From an uncultured bacterium (GTDB lineage: Bacteria > UBP14 > UBA6098 > B30-G16), in contig CBEVQY010000044.1 in NCBI GenBank assembly GCA_965552135.1, forward strand, positions 1-13,456: a stretch of 13,456 bases of DNA, given 5' to 3'. The position numbers and the translations under genes were made by a program. Shown in pieces: positions 1-7,884 of the stretch. The first letter of the stretch is position 1. Each line of letters opens with the position of its first letter. A model generated the notes under the pieces. The model worked only from the letters and a program-made list of their open reading frames with translations. It did not search any database and was not told the origin of the DNA.

Positions 1-3000
1 CAGGAAAACTCGCGCTGTACTCAACATCCCCCAAACCGGGATAAACCCCAAACAAGCGCGGCGAGGAAAAGTCAAGCGTGAACGTCCAGCACAGCGAGTC
101 GCCCTCGAGTGGGTTGCCGTAGACGTCCTCCGCTGCGCGCAGGCAAACGCGCACAGTCTCCCCATCGGCAAAGTGGAGCGGATAGAGAACCAGCCTCGGC
201 TCGCTCCACATCGCGGCGGGGGAATCGACGGTGTAGACCGCGCCGTTCACGTCGACGACTATGGTGCTTTCCGCAACCCCATCGCTGTCGGATATGGTGA
301 TCACTATGCTTTCGGGCAGGCAGCTCGTCCACGTGTTGGGCAGGGGATGGACGATCTCCGCCTCGGGACCCGTGCAGGGATAGGTCTCGAAAGGCAAAGC
401 GCCCTCCCAACCCCAGCTGTTTATCGTTGTGTCGGCAAAAAGAAGGGTTGTATCGACCTCGAGCCAGAACCCCAAGCTGTCGCAGTGCGGGATCGAGCTT
501 ACGCAGATTGAGTATCCTTCCACCGTCCATGTATGCGTCTCAGCGCAGCCGGCGTAGTATGTGAAGGTCGTTTCGCGGATTCCGAGCGCGACGACCTCAC
601 CGTCGACGATGACGTTGTAGAACAAGCTTTCCCCGCCCACGCTGCGCCACGCAAGCGTTACAGCACCTGGCGGAAGCATCGTATCCGGCGGCGGCCAGAG
701 GAGCTCAATGGCTTCAGGCGGCGAAAATTCGCTTACAACGGTCACCGTATCGCTTGCGAAGCAGCCCTCGCCGTCAACAACGACAAGGACGTATGTGGTT
801 GTCGTCTCTGGCGAGACGGACGGGTTTGGCGTCGTCGCGATGACCTCGCCGTCAAGCGTCGACCAGGTCACGGAGTAGGGCGGTGTACCGCCCACATACG
901 GCGGATGCGCGCCAAGCTCGACCCACTCGCCGGGACAAATCGTGGCGTCGCCGCACGCATCGGCGAAAAGATCACAGGGCTCCACAACGAAAAACCAGCA
1001 GCTGTCAAGAGCGTTGTCGGGGCAGTAGTCGGTTGTATCGGTGGCGTGGACGCAAACGACAACGCTGTCGCCGTGGCGGAAAGCGATATCGGACACATCG
1101 ACCCAGAACGAGTCGAGCAAGCCCGAAACGCCGTCGCCGTAAGCGAAGGTGAAGGTGGTCCCCCCAACGCTGACCTCGACGGTTACCGTGCTCGTGTCGA
1201 GTCCGGAGAGCGAATCTGTCAGGTGGAATGAGATGACGTCGAGGGTCACAGGAGCGGTATCCGCAGGCGAGGCGTCCCACAAAGACGGCGGCGACAGGTC
1301 CACGCGGAAATCCCAGCATACGGGCTCTTCGAGCGCGTTTCCGAGCAGATCGGCTGCGGAGTCGAGGCAGACGGAGACCAAAAGCCCGTCGTACCAGCCT
1401 GCAGGCGGCACAAACACGAGGGTCTCTCCGTCAAAGGTGAGGATTGTGCCGTCGACGCTGAACTCCGTCCCGTTCACCACAAGCCGTATCGAGGCGGGAT
1501 CGACGCCGTCACTGTCGACGACCGCGACGATTATTCGCTGATCAACGCACGAGCTCCAACTTCCGGGGCGGGGCTCAACGATCTCGGCGACCGGTCCCTC
1601 GCAGCTTTGTATCGAAAACGTCCACACGCCCGACGTGCTTTCGCCGCAGACATTGACGGAGATGACCTGCCAGCTGTAGGTGCTGCCGCAGCTTGCGCCG
1701 GTGAAGATAAAGGTCGTGTCGTCCGTAACGGAGAGGGTCTCATCGCCCAGGACGAGTATGTACTCGTCGGCGAAGTCTGCGCTGCGCCAAACGAGCTCTA
1801 TGGCGCCGACGATGAGTGTTTCGCCGTCGACGGGGGAGACAAGCTCTGCGGGTGAGGGCATGGGCAAAACCTCGATGTATACGCTGTCGCTTGCGGAGCA
1901 TCCCGCCTCGTCGGTCGCGGTGCAGACGTACCAGCCCGACTCGGTCACAACCACCGCGGTGGTGCCAGCCCAAGGAGATACAACGCCCTCCACGGGCGAC
2001 CACGAAAAGTCCACTGATCCAAATGCGCCGAAGACCTGTGCCGAGATGAGCGCGGTGTCGCCAGCACACACCGACGTGTCGCCAAACGCAAGAAGCCTCA
2101 GGCTGTCGACCACAACGACGACGCTGTCGGTGTCGGCGCAGCCGTAGTGGTCAATGACAACGACAAAGTACGTCGTCGTCGACTCCGGCGACGCGCTCGT
2201 CGCAGAACCAAAGGGGTCGGAAAGCCCCTCAGTCGGGAACCAGCGGTACTCGATGGGGGCGACCCCGCCCTCCACCGCGGCGGTCAAAAGCGCCTCGCCG
2301 CCGGGGCAGATAACGGTGTCGGAAAAGGCGGCAACCGAAGGAGGCAGTATGACGGGAATCCAGACGCAGTGGGTCACCTCATACGGTCCAACCGGATGCC
2401 CCGTGGACGAGACGACAAAGTCATCGATGTACCAGCCGTTGGAGTAATCCGGGTCGGGCGAGAAGCTCCCCGTCCCGAAGCGGAAGCGGATGCGTATGCT
2501 GTCGCCCGGCGAGCAGTACCCCGTTGATATCAAGTCGTGGCTGCGCACCTGAACCCAGCCGCCCGTATCGAAACAGTAGGCAAGCTTCAGCGCCAAGGGA
2601 TTCCCGATGCTGCTCATGATGTAGCCGTTGTACCTCGGGGATAGCATCCCCGTGGCGAACTCGTCAATCTGCTGCCAGCCGGTCCCGTTCACGTCGATCT
2701 CGACTATGCCCCCGTCAACGCCCTCCAGGGCAAGCCCGCTTTCGCGAACGTCGAGCCAGTGCCAGAAGTATATGTAACACTCGCTGAAGCCGGTCAGGTC
2801 CACGAAGGATGACGTCAGTGACCACTCGCCGACCTCCGGGTAGACCGTTCCATCGGCGGGGATGCCCGCGAATCCGGTTCCTGAGGGCGGCATGCCGGCG
2901 CGGGTGACGGTGGAGAAGTCGGTGTAGTCGAACCGCCCTGTGCCGTCGCCAACGAAGAGGGGAGGGGTGTCGTCGAAGTTGTCGCGATAGCCCAGAATGG

Positions 3001-4117
3001 AGTCGGCGGAGGTTATCACGATGCTGAAGCACTGCGAACCCACAAGCGTCTCGTCGACCGAGATTTGCCAGCTGCAGCTTACGGTCTCGGCGGGCGCGAT
3101 GTCGCCAAAGTGCACGGTGTCGTCGCCGCCTGCTATGTGCATCCCCGAGGGAAGATTGAGGTACGCCATAACGCCGTGCACAACGGTGCCGCCGGAGTTC
3201 CAAATCTTTATCGTCGCGGGGAACGGATTTGGCGTGAGCCTGCAGTCCTCGACCCCAAGCTCGTCGGGCGCATCAAGCTCCCAATCAAGCTCCCCCTGCT
3301 CCGGACCACCGCCGATGTAAAAGTCGTCGATCATCCAGCCGCGGAAGCCGTTGTACAGGGCATCGACGGTGTCGAAGTGAAACCTGATCTGGATATTGTG
3401 CCCCGCGTAAGCCGAGAGATCATAGGTCCACAAAACCCACTGCCCGTAGGCAAGATATCCGCCCGTGGAGTAGCTTTCCCACTCGTCCCATCCCGGGAGC
3501 CTCGAGAACGGGGGGTTGAGTGTGTCGAGTGGCACCCAGGCGCCGCCGTCAACGGAAATCTCAACGGTCATCACGTCGTAGGCGTATATGTCGATGCACT
3601 CAACCTCCCACCACGTCCAGAACGACATCATAAGCTCCGAGAACCCCGCGGTGTTGAAGACGGGGGAGGTTAAGGTTGCCTCCATGGCGCAATCCGATAT
3701 CCCGCCGTCGTCGGGGAAGCCGGGAAGGTAAGGCTCGCCTATGAAGGTTCCGTTTTCAGGATTGCCGCACCACCAAACGCGGTTCCCGCTGTGGGCAGGA
3801 GGAAGATACGCTACCGTAAGCCCATCGATAACCTCCTCGGGCAGATCGACCCGGCTCGGAAATATATCGGGTGCAACCTGAATAAGCTCGGGGTTCGCAA
3901 GCCAGTTCCAGTAGATGTACGAAAAGCACAGGAACTCGTCGTTGCCTGCCCAGGTGGTCCAGCCTGAGATGTCGCTTTCGAAGTCGTTGGAGTACGGCAC
4001 AGAGACGACGATGCTTGGCTCGGGAAACTTCGGAGCTATGCTTTCGTGCTCCGTCGTCCGCGCCAAGACAATGGAAAACAAAACAAAACCAAACAAAAAA
4101 GCCCCACACCGCCTCAT
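1..4117 (-). CDS. Large secreted multidomain surface/adhesin-like protein, 3'-partial, >1372 aa (MAM/cleaved-adhesin-like beta-sandwiches plus Ig-like and FN3-like repeats)
   Basis: Not in the ORF track. ATG at 4117-4115 is preceded by AAGGAG with a 9 nt spacer. I checked every TTA/CTA/TCA on the + strand and none is in this frame, so it is open to position 1. Translation starts MRRCGAFLFGFVLFSIVLA-RTTEH (Sec signal peptide). It contains PYSNDFES..SGW, AHSGNRVWWCG, LTSPVF, YDLSAYAGHNIQIRFHF, GWMIDDFYI and a second copy ending IRIRFRF..GWYIDDFVV, followed by repeated Ig-like modules. Confidence 0.93.
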   Translation of the reverse strand, partial: MRRCGAFLFGFVLFSIVLARTTEHESIAPKFPEPSIVVSVPYSNDFESDISGWTTWAGNDEFLCFSYIYWNWLANPELIQVAPDIFPSRVDLPEEVIDGLTVAYLPPAHSGNRVWWCGNPENGTFIGEPYLPGFPDDGGISDCAMEATLTSPVFNTAGFSELMMSFWTWWEVECIDIYAYDVMTVEISVDGGAWVPLDTLNPPFSRLPGWDEWESYSTGGYLAYGQWVLWTYDLSAYAGHNIQIRFHFDTVDALYNGFRGWMIDDFYIGGGPEQGELDWELDAPDELGVEDCRLTPNPFPATIKIWNSGGTVVHGVMAYLNLPSGMHIAGGDDTVHFGDIAPAETVSCSWQISVDETLVGSQCFSIVITSADSILGYRDNFDDTPPLFVGDGTGRFDYTDFSTVTRAGMPPSGTGFAGIPADGTVYPEVGEWSLTSSFVDLTGFSECYIYFWHWLDVRESGLALEGVDGGIVEIDVNGTGWQQIDEFATGMLSPRYNGYIMSSIGNPLALKLAYCFDTGGWVQVRSHDLISTGYCSPGDSIRIRFRFGTGSFSPDPDYSNGWYIDDFVVSSTGHPVGPYEVTHCVWIPVILPPSVAAFSDTVICPGGEALLTAAVEGGVAPIEYRWFPTEGLSDPFGSATSASPESTTTYFVVVIDHYGCADTDSVVVVVDSLRLLAFGDTSVCAGDTALISAQVFGAFGSVDFSWSPVEGVVSPWAGTTAVVVTESGWYVCTATDEAGCSASDSVYIEVLPMPSPAELVSPVDGETLIVGAIELVWRSADFADEYILVLGDETLSVTDDTTFIFTGASCGSTYSWQVISVNVCGESTSGVWTFSIQSCEGPVAEIVEPRPGSWSSCVDQRIIVAVVDSDGVDPASIRLVVNGTEFSVDGTILTFDGETLVFVPPAGWYDGLLVSVCLDSAADLLGNALEEPVCWDFRVDLSPPSLWDASPADTAPVTLDVISFHLTDSLSGLDTSTVTVEVSVGGTTFTFAYGDGVSGLLDSFWVDVSDIAFRHGDSVVVCVHATDTTDYCPDNALDSCWFFVVEPCDLFADACGDATICPGEWVELGAHPPYVGGTPPYSVTWSTLDGEVIATTPNPSVSPETTTTYVLVVVDGEGCFASDTVTVVSEFSPPEAIELLWPPPDTMLPPGAVTLAWRSVGGESLFYNVIVDGEVVALGIRETTFTYYAGCAETHTWTVEGYSICVSSIPHCDSLGFWLEVDTTLLFADTTINSWGWEGALPFETYPCTGPEAEIVHPLPNTWTSCLPESIVITISDSDGVAESTIVVDVNGAVYTVDSPAAMWSEPRLVLYPLHFADGETVRVCLRAAEDVYGNPLEGDSLCWTFTLDFSSPRLFGVYPGLGDVEYSASFP
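71..2340 (-). repeat. Protein-level tandem modules within the large ORF: three SprB/CHU-like Ig repeats, two FN3-like modules, two GP(V/E)AEIV(E/H)P modules
   Basis: DTVICPGGEALL..GG..EYRW..SPESTTTYFVVVIDHYGCADTDSVVV (~2340-2105), DTSVCAGDTALI..DFSWSP..YVCTATDEAGCSASDSVYI (~2101-1868) and DATICPGEWVEL..GG..YSVTW..SPETTTTYVLVVVDGEGCFASDTVTV (~979-735). CEGPVAEIVEPRPGSWSSC..DSDGV..VNG..VCL..A.D..GN.LE..CW.F (~1605-1298) matches CTGPEAEIVHPLPNTWTSC..DSDGV..VNG..VCL..A.D..GN.LE..CW.F (~379-71). Boundaries are approximate. Confidence 0.85.
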
Positions 4118-4149
4118 ATCGCCTATCTCCTTTTCCCCCTTAAAAAACA

Positions 4150-4178
4150 AAATTAAGATCGCCGAGCGATTGGGTCAA
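4150..4178 (-). promoter_or_regulatory. sigma70-like promoter for the large secreted protein gene
   Basis: Minus strand TTGACC (4178-4173), 17 nt spacer, TAATTT (4155-4150), upstream of the RBS and ATG 4117. Confidence 0.65.
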
Positions 4179-4189
4179 GCTGCGGCTTT

Positions 4190-4217
4190 TTGACTTTTGC
4201 CGCCGACGGGCTATCTT
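4190..4217 (+). promoter_or_regulatory. sigma70-like promoter for priA
   Basis: TTGACT (4190-4195), 16 nt spacer, TATCTT (4212-4217), ending 10 nt before the GTG start at 4228. Confidence 0.55.
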
Positions 4218-4227
4218 TGTCTTAGCC

Positions 4228-6639
4228 GTGTCAGACAGGTATGAAAAATACGTTCGCGTTGCCGTCGACGCGCCGATATTCGACCTCCTCGACTACGGCG
4301 TTCCGCGCGAGTACGCCGACCTCGTTGCGCCGGGCTGGAGGGTTATGGTTCCCCTGGGGAGGAGGGTAGTAAGCGGTTTTGTCGTCGATGTCGTGGAGCG
4401 CACAGACCTCCCGCCGGAGAGGATCAAGCCGATAATCGATCTTCCCGACGACGAACCGGTTTTTACGCCTGCGCTTCTTAAGCTCTGTGATTTTGCGGCG
4501 CGCTATTACGTTGCGCCGCTCGGCGAGGTCCTCGCGATGGCGCTGCCCGCCGGCGTGTCCGTCGGAACGAAGCAGATCGCATTCCTCGTCGGCGACCCAG
4601 AGCGATACAGCGACATCCTCACGCCAACGCAGCAGAAGATAATCTCCCTCCTCCGCGAGGGTCCCCTTGAGGTTGCGCGGATAGCGCAGAAGATCGGGCG
4701 CAGGGGAGCGCTCTACCACATCCGCAAGCTCGAGCGCCTTGGGCTTGTGGGCAGGCGGTACGAGTATCGGGTTCAGTCGCCGCCCAAACTTGTGGAGTTT
4801 GCCCTGCCCGCGCCCGACGTCGACGAAGAGCTTGTGAACCAGCTCGCCCAAAGAGCGCCGCGGCAGGCAGCGGCGCTGAGATACCTCCTGTCGGAGGGCA
4901 GCGTGCTTGCGTCGCAGCTGCGCAACGTCTTCGGCGCATCCGCAGTAAAGGCGCTGGAGCGCAAGGGCTACATAAGGCTCGAGCGGCGGGAGCTTGTCCG
5001 CGCAAGCGAGGGCTGGCTCACTCCGCGCAGGGACATAAAGGAGCTGACCTCATCGCAACGGCGGGCGGTGGATGAGATCCGAAGTGCGCTTCGGCGCGGC
5101 GACACAAAGCCGATTTTGCTTCACGGCATAACCGCAAGCGGCAAAACGCTCGTCTACCTCGAGGCGGCGCGCGCGGTGAGGTCGATGGGGAGGGGGGCTC
5201 TCTTTCTGGTCCCCGAGGTTGCGCTGACGCCGCAGATGTGGGGCGCGCTGCGGAGCTTCTTCGGCGAAGACGTTGCGGTCCTGCACAGCTACCTATCGCC
5301 CGGCGAGCGCGCCGACGCGTGGAGACGACTGCGACGCGGAGAAGTCAAAATCGCCCTCGGCGCAAGATCAGCCATATTCGCACCCATAGAAAACCTCGGG
5401 CTCATCGTCGTCGACGAGGAGCACGACCAGTCCTACAAACAGGGGCACACACCGTTCTACAACGCCCGCGACCTCGCCGTCGTGCGCGGAAGGATCGAGA
5501 ACGCGCTCGTCATACTCGGCTCGGCAACGCCATCTATGGAGAGCTACTACAACGCCACGACCGGCAAATATCGCCTCATCGAGATGACAGAGAGGGTTCC
5601 GGGCGCGCGGCTGCCCGAGGTGCGAGTCGTTGACCTGACCAAACTCAGACGGAGCGAGCGGATATTCTCGCCGACCGCAAAGGACGAAATCCTAAAGCGG
5701 ATCGACAGGGGCGAGCAGGCGATACTCCTTTTGAACCGGCGCGGCTACTCCACGAGCCTGCTTTGTCCGAACTGCGGCTATGCTCCGCGCTGCCCGAACT
5801 GCGACCTCACGCTCACGTACCACCGCGTTGGCGACAAGCTTTTGTGCCACTGGTGCAACTACGAGGCTCCCGCGCCCGATGCGTGTCCGAACTGCGGCGC
5901 CGAGGCGTTCATCCACAGGGGAAAGGGAACCCAAAGGCTCGAGGTGGAGCTCTTCAACCTCGTCGAGCCCGAGCGCGTTCACCGCATAGACTCGGACGCG
6001 ATAAGCCGCAAGGGCGCGCTGAGACGCATACTCGAGCAGTTCGCATCGCAGCGCGGGTCGATCCTGGTGGGAACCCAGATGGTAGCCAAAGGGCACGATT
6101 TCCCGGGGGTGACCCTCGTCGTCGTTGTCGACGCCGATGTGGGGCTCACCTTCCCCGACTTCCGCGCATCCGAAAAGACCTTCCAGCTTCTGACGCAGGT
6201 GGCGGGCAGAGCGGGCAGGGGCACCGAGCCGGGGCTTGTCATCATACAAACGCGCAGACCAAACGACCCAGCCATAAGGTACGCCGTCTCGCACGACTAC
6301 AGGTCATTCTTCCTTGAGACCGCCGCGCACAGGCAGCTCCTCGGATACCCACCATTTTCGCACCTCGTCAGGATCATTGCCCAAAGCGAGGACTCCACCG
6401 CAGCCGAGAGGTGTCTTCGCGTGATAATGCGCGCCCTCGTCGAGGCAAATATCCCCGGCGTTACGCCGCTTGCGCCATCAAAACCGCCGATAAGCAAGCT
6501 CAAGGGGGAGTTCCGCTGGCATCTGCTTATCAAAGCCAAGCGCATACAAAAGCTTTTGCCCTTCCTGCACCGCGTGGCGCGGACGAAGTTTAGGGGCGTG
6601 AAGCTGCGAATAGACGTTGATCCGTATGAAATGGCTTAG
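4228..6639 (+). CDS. priA: Primosomal protein N' (replication-restart helicase PriA)
   Basis: 803 aa. N-terminal 3'-DNA-binding domain (LDYGVP..GWRVMVPLGRR), Walker A HGITASGKT, LVPEVALTPQ, VVDEEHD, GSATPS, Cys-rich region CPNC/CPNC/CHWC/CPNC, GTQMVAKGHDF, QVAGRAGR and C-terminal IDVDP. Confidence 0.97.
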   Translation: MSDRYEKYVRVAVDAPIFDLLDYGVPREYADLVAPGWRVMVPLGRRVVSGFVVDVVERTDLPPERIKPIIDLPDDEPVFTPALLKLCDFAARYYVAPLGEVLAMALPAGVSVGTKQIAFLVGDPERYSDILTPTQQKIISLLREGPLEVARIAQKIGRRGALYHIRKLERLGLVGRRYEYRVQSPPKLVEFALPAPDVDEELVNQLAQRAPRQAAALRYLLSEGSVLASQLRNVFGASAVKALERKGYIRLERRELVRASEGWLTPRRDIKELTSSQRRAVDEIRSALRRGDTKPILLHGITASGKTLVYLEAARAVRSMGRGALFLVPEVALTPQMWGALRSFFGEDVAVLHSYLSPGERADAWRRLRRGEVKIALGARSAIFAPIENLGLIVVDEEHDQSYKQGHTPFYNARDLAVVRGRIENALVILGSATPSMESYYNATTGKYRLIEMTERVPGARLPEVRVVDLTKLRRSERIFSPTAKDEILKRIDRGEQAILLLNRRGYSTSLLCPNCGYAPRCPNCDLTLTYHRVGDKLLCHWCNYEAPAPDACPNCGAEAFIHRGKGTQRLEVELFNLVEPERVHRIDSDAISRKGALRRILEQFASQRGSILVGTQMVAKGHDFPGVTLVVVVDADVGLTFPDFRASEKTFQLLTQVAGRAGRGTEPGLVIIQTRRPNDPAIRYAVSHDYRSFFLETAAHRQLLGYPPFSHLVRIIAQSEDSTAAERCLRVIMRALVEANIPGVTPLAPSKPPISKLKGEFRWHLLIKAKRIQKLLPFLHRVARTKFRGVKLRIDVDPYEMA

Positions 6640-7289
6640 TCCCCGTCGTCCTTTATGAGCCTGTCCATAAGCCTGCACGCGGAAAGTAGCTCCCTCGAAT
6701 CGCCTATACGGTGTGGTCCGGGTGTCACAATGAGCCTGACCTCCAAAAGATTGCGTTCGAACGCGGCGGCCATATCCTCGTTGGACTGTCTGTTCCAGTC
6801 GTTCTCCCGCGTTATGAGGACCACTGGCATGCCGGCGGCGTCCCTCCAGTTGGGGTTTCGGATGAGTCCGTGGTGGGCGCATTCGGTTATGACGCCGGCG
6901 AAGCGGATTGGCCAGCGCAAAGCCGTGGCGAGCGCCTGCGCCCCCTGACCGGAAAAGCCAAAAAGGACTATCCCTCTCGGATCAACCTGCGGGAAAGACA
7001 AAAGCTCGTCGACGAGGGCGAGTATATCCTGCTCGTTGAGCGCAGGGTCGCGGTGGTTCTTCGACCTGGCGCAGACGGCCACGTTCCACCCGAGCGAGTC
7101 GGCGACGACGCGAGCGGTGTCCAGGTCGCTCCAGCTGCCGCCGGTGCACGAGAGATAGATGAGCGTTGGAGCGCGCCCGGCATCGTGCGGCTGGAGAAGG
7201 ATGATGTTGCCCACGGCATCGGTGAAAACGCTTTGCTCGCCGCAGAAAGCCGCGGCAACAAGTAAGAGAGCAGAAAAAAGCCCCCTCAC
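6636..7289 (-). CDS. Secreted alpha/beta-hydrolase-fold protein (phospholipase/carboxylesterase-like)
   Basis: 217 aa. The GTG start overlaps the macrodomain stop (GTGA). It has a hydrophobic signal peptide (MRGLFSALLLVAAAFC), VDPRGIVLFGFSGQG nucleophile strand, FAGVI, PVVLITRENDW (candidate catalytic Asp) and PGPH (candidate catalytic His). Confidence 0.8.
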   Translation of the reverse strand: MRGLFSALLLVAAAFCGEQSVFTDAVGNIILLQPHDAGRAPTLIYLSCTGGSWSDLDTARVVADSLGWNVAVCARSKNHRDPALNEQDILALVDELLSFPQVDPRGIVLFGFSGQGAQALATALRWPIRFAGVITECAHHGLIRNPNWRDAAGMPVVLITRENDWNRQSNEDMAAAFERNLLEVRLIVTPGPHRIGDSRELLSACRLMDRLIKDDGD

Positions 7290-7834
7290 TCGGCAAGCTC
7301 CCTTGCGAAAAGCTGAGCCGTTTCCTCGTCGATGTTACAGAAGCGAATCTGTTTGACGCTCCCTGGGTTTTCCGCGAAGCGCTTTGCCTCGTCGACTATT
7401 ATCGTGACGCCGCGCTCCTTGGGGAAGCCGAAGATCCCTGTGCTTATTGCGGGCATCGACACGCTTTCGCATCCGAGCTCCGCAGCCTTCCGGAGCGCGT
7501 TTCGGACAGCCGAGCGGAGCTTTTCGTCCTCGTTGCCCTCGCCCCATCGGGGTCCCACGGCGTGGATGACGAACTTTGCCTCAAGCGCGCCCGCGCCGGT
7601 CACGGCAACGCCGCCCGTCGGAACCGGACCGTGCTCCTCCACCCAGCGACGGGACTCCTCCACGATCACGCTCCCCCCACTCCGCGCGATGGCGCCGGCA
7701 ACGCCACCGCCGTGAACGAGCCTGTTGTTGGCGGCGTTGACTATAGCGTCCGAAGCCTCCTTGGTGATGTCGCCCAAAACCGCCACAAGCTCCACGCCGC
7801 CAAAAACCCTCCGCGCCAGCTCAACGTTCGTCAT
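7286..7834 (-). CDS. ymdB: Macrodomain protein, MacroD/YmdB type (O-acetyl-ADP-ribose deacetylase / mono-ADP-ribosyl hydrolase family)
   Basis: Start revised to ATG 7834 (RBS GGGAGGGG), 182 aa. Motifs GDIT, DAIVNAAN, HGGGVAGAI, VIHAVGP and PAISTGIFGFP. Confidence 0.92.
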   Translation of the reverse strand: MTNVELARRVFGGVELVAVLGDITKEASDAIVNAANNRLVHGGGVAGAIARSGGSVIVEESRRWVEEHGPVPTGGVAVTGAGALEAKFVIHAVGPRWGEGNEDEKLRSAVRNALRKAAELGCESVSMPAISTGIFGFPKERGVTIIVDEAKRFAENPGSVKQIRFCNIDEETAQLFARELAE

Positions 7835-7855
7835 CTTTCCCCTCCCTTGACAAGA

Positions 7856-7884
7856 GGCGGGGGAGCCAAAAGGCTCCCCCAGCC
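7856..7884 (-). terminator. GC-rich hairpin between the aldehyde dehydrogenase and macrodomain genes (weak terminator or mRNA-stabilising stem)
   Basis: Perfect 9 bp stem GGGGGAGCC (7859-7867) / GGCTCCCCC (7872-7880) with a 4 nt loop (UUUU on the minus strand), extendable by GGC/GCC. It is followed on the minus strand only by UCUUGU. Confidence 0.55.

Noticed and set aside
4074..4100. A-rich tract (and the T-rich tract at ~13405-13435) as possible terminator or regulatory site
   Set aside because: Both encode Phe/Leu-rich signal-peptide cores.
72..4193. The many short ORFs listed in the track across 72-4193 on both strands
   Set aside because: They are off-frame or antisense shadows of the uninterrupted minus-strand ORF starting at 4117 and have no recognisable motifs.
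5125..5148. PriA Walker A reads GITASGKT instead of GVTGSGKT
   Set aside because: The change is at a variable x position of GxxxxGKT, and all other helicase motifs are intact, so there is no evidence of inactivation.
5764..5898. Direct repeat TGTCCGAACTGCGGC at 5764 and 5884, with a similar copy at 5791
   Set aside because: Explained by the repeated CPNC zinc-binding motifs of PriA. Not a CRISPR or mobile-element repeat.
7240..7289. Lipoprotein signal in the hydrolase (Cys16)
   Set aside because: A-A-F-C does not fit the lipobox, which requires a small residue before Cys. Signal peptidase I cleavage is more plausible.
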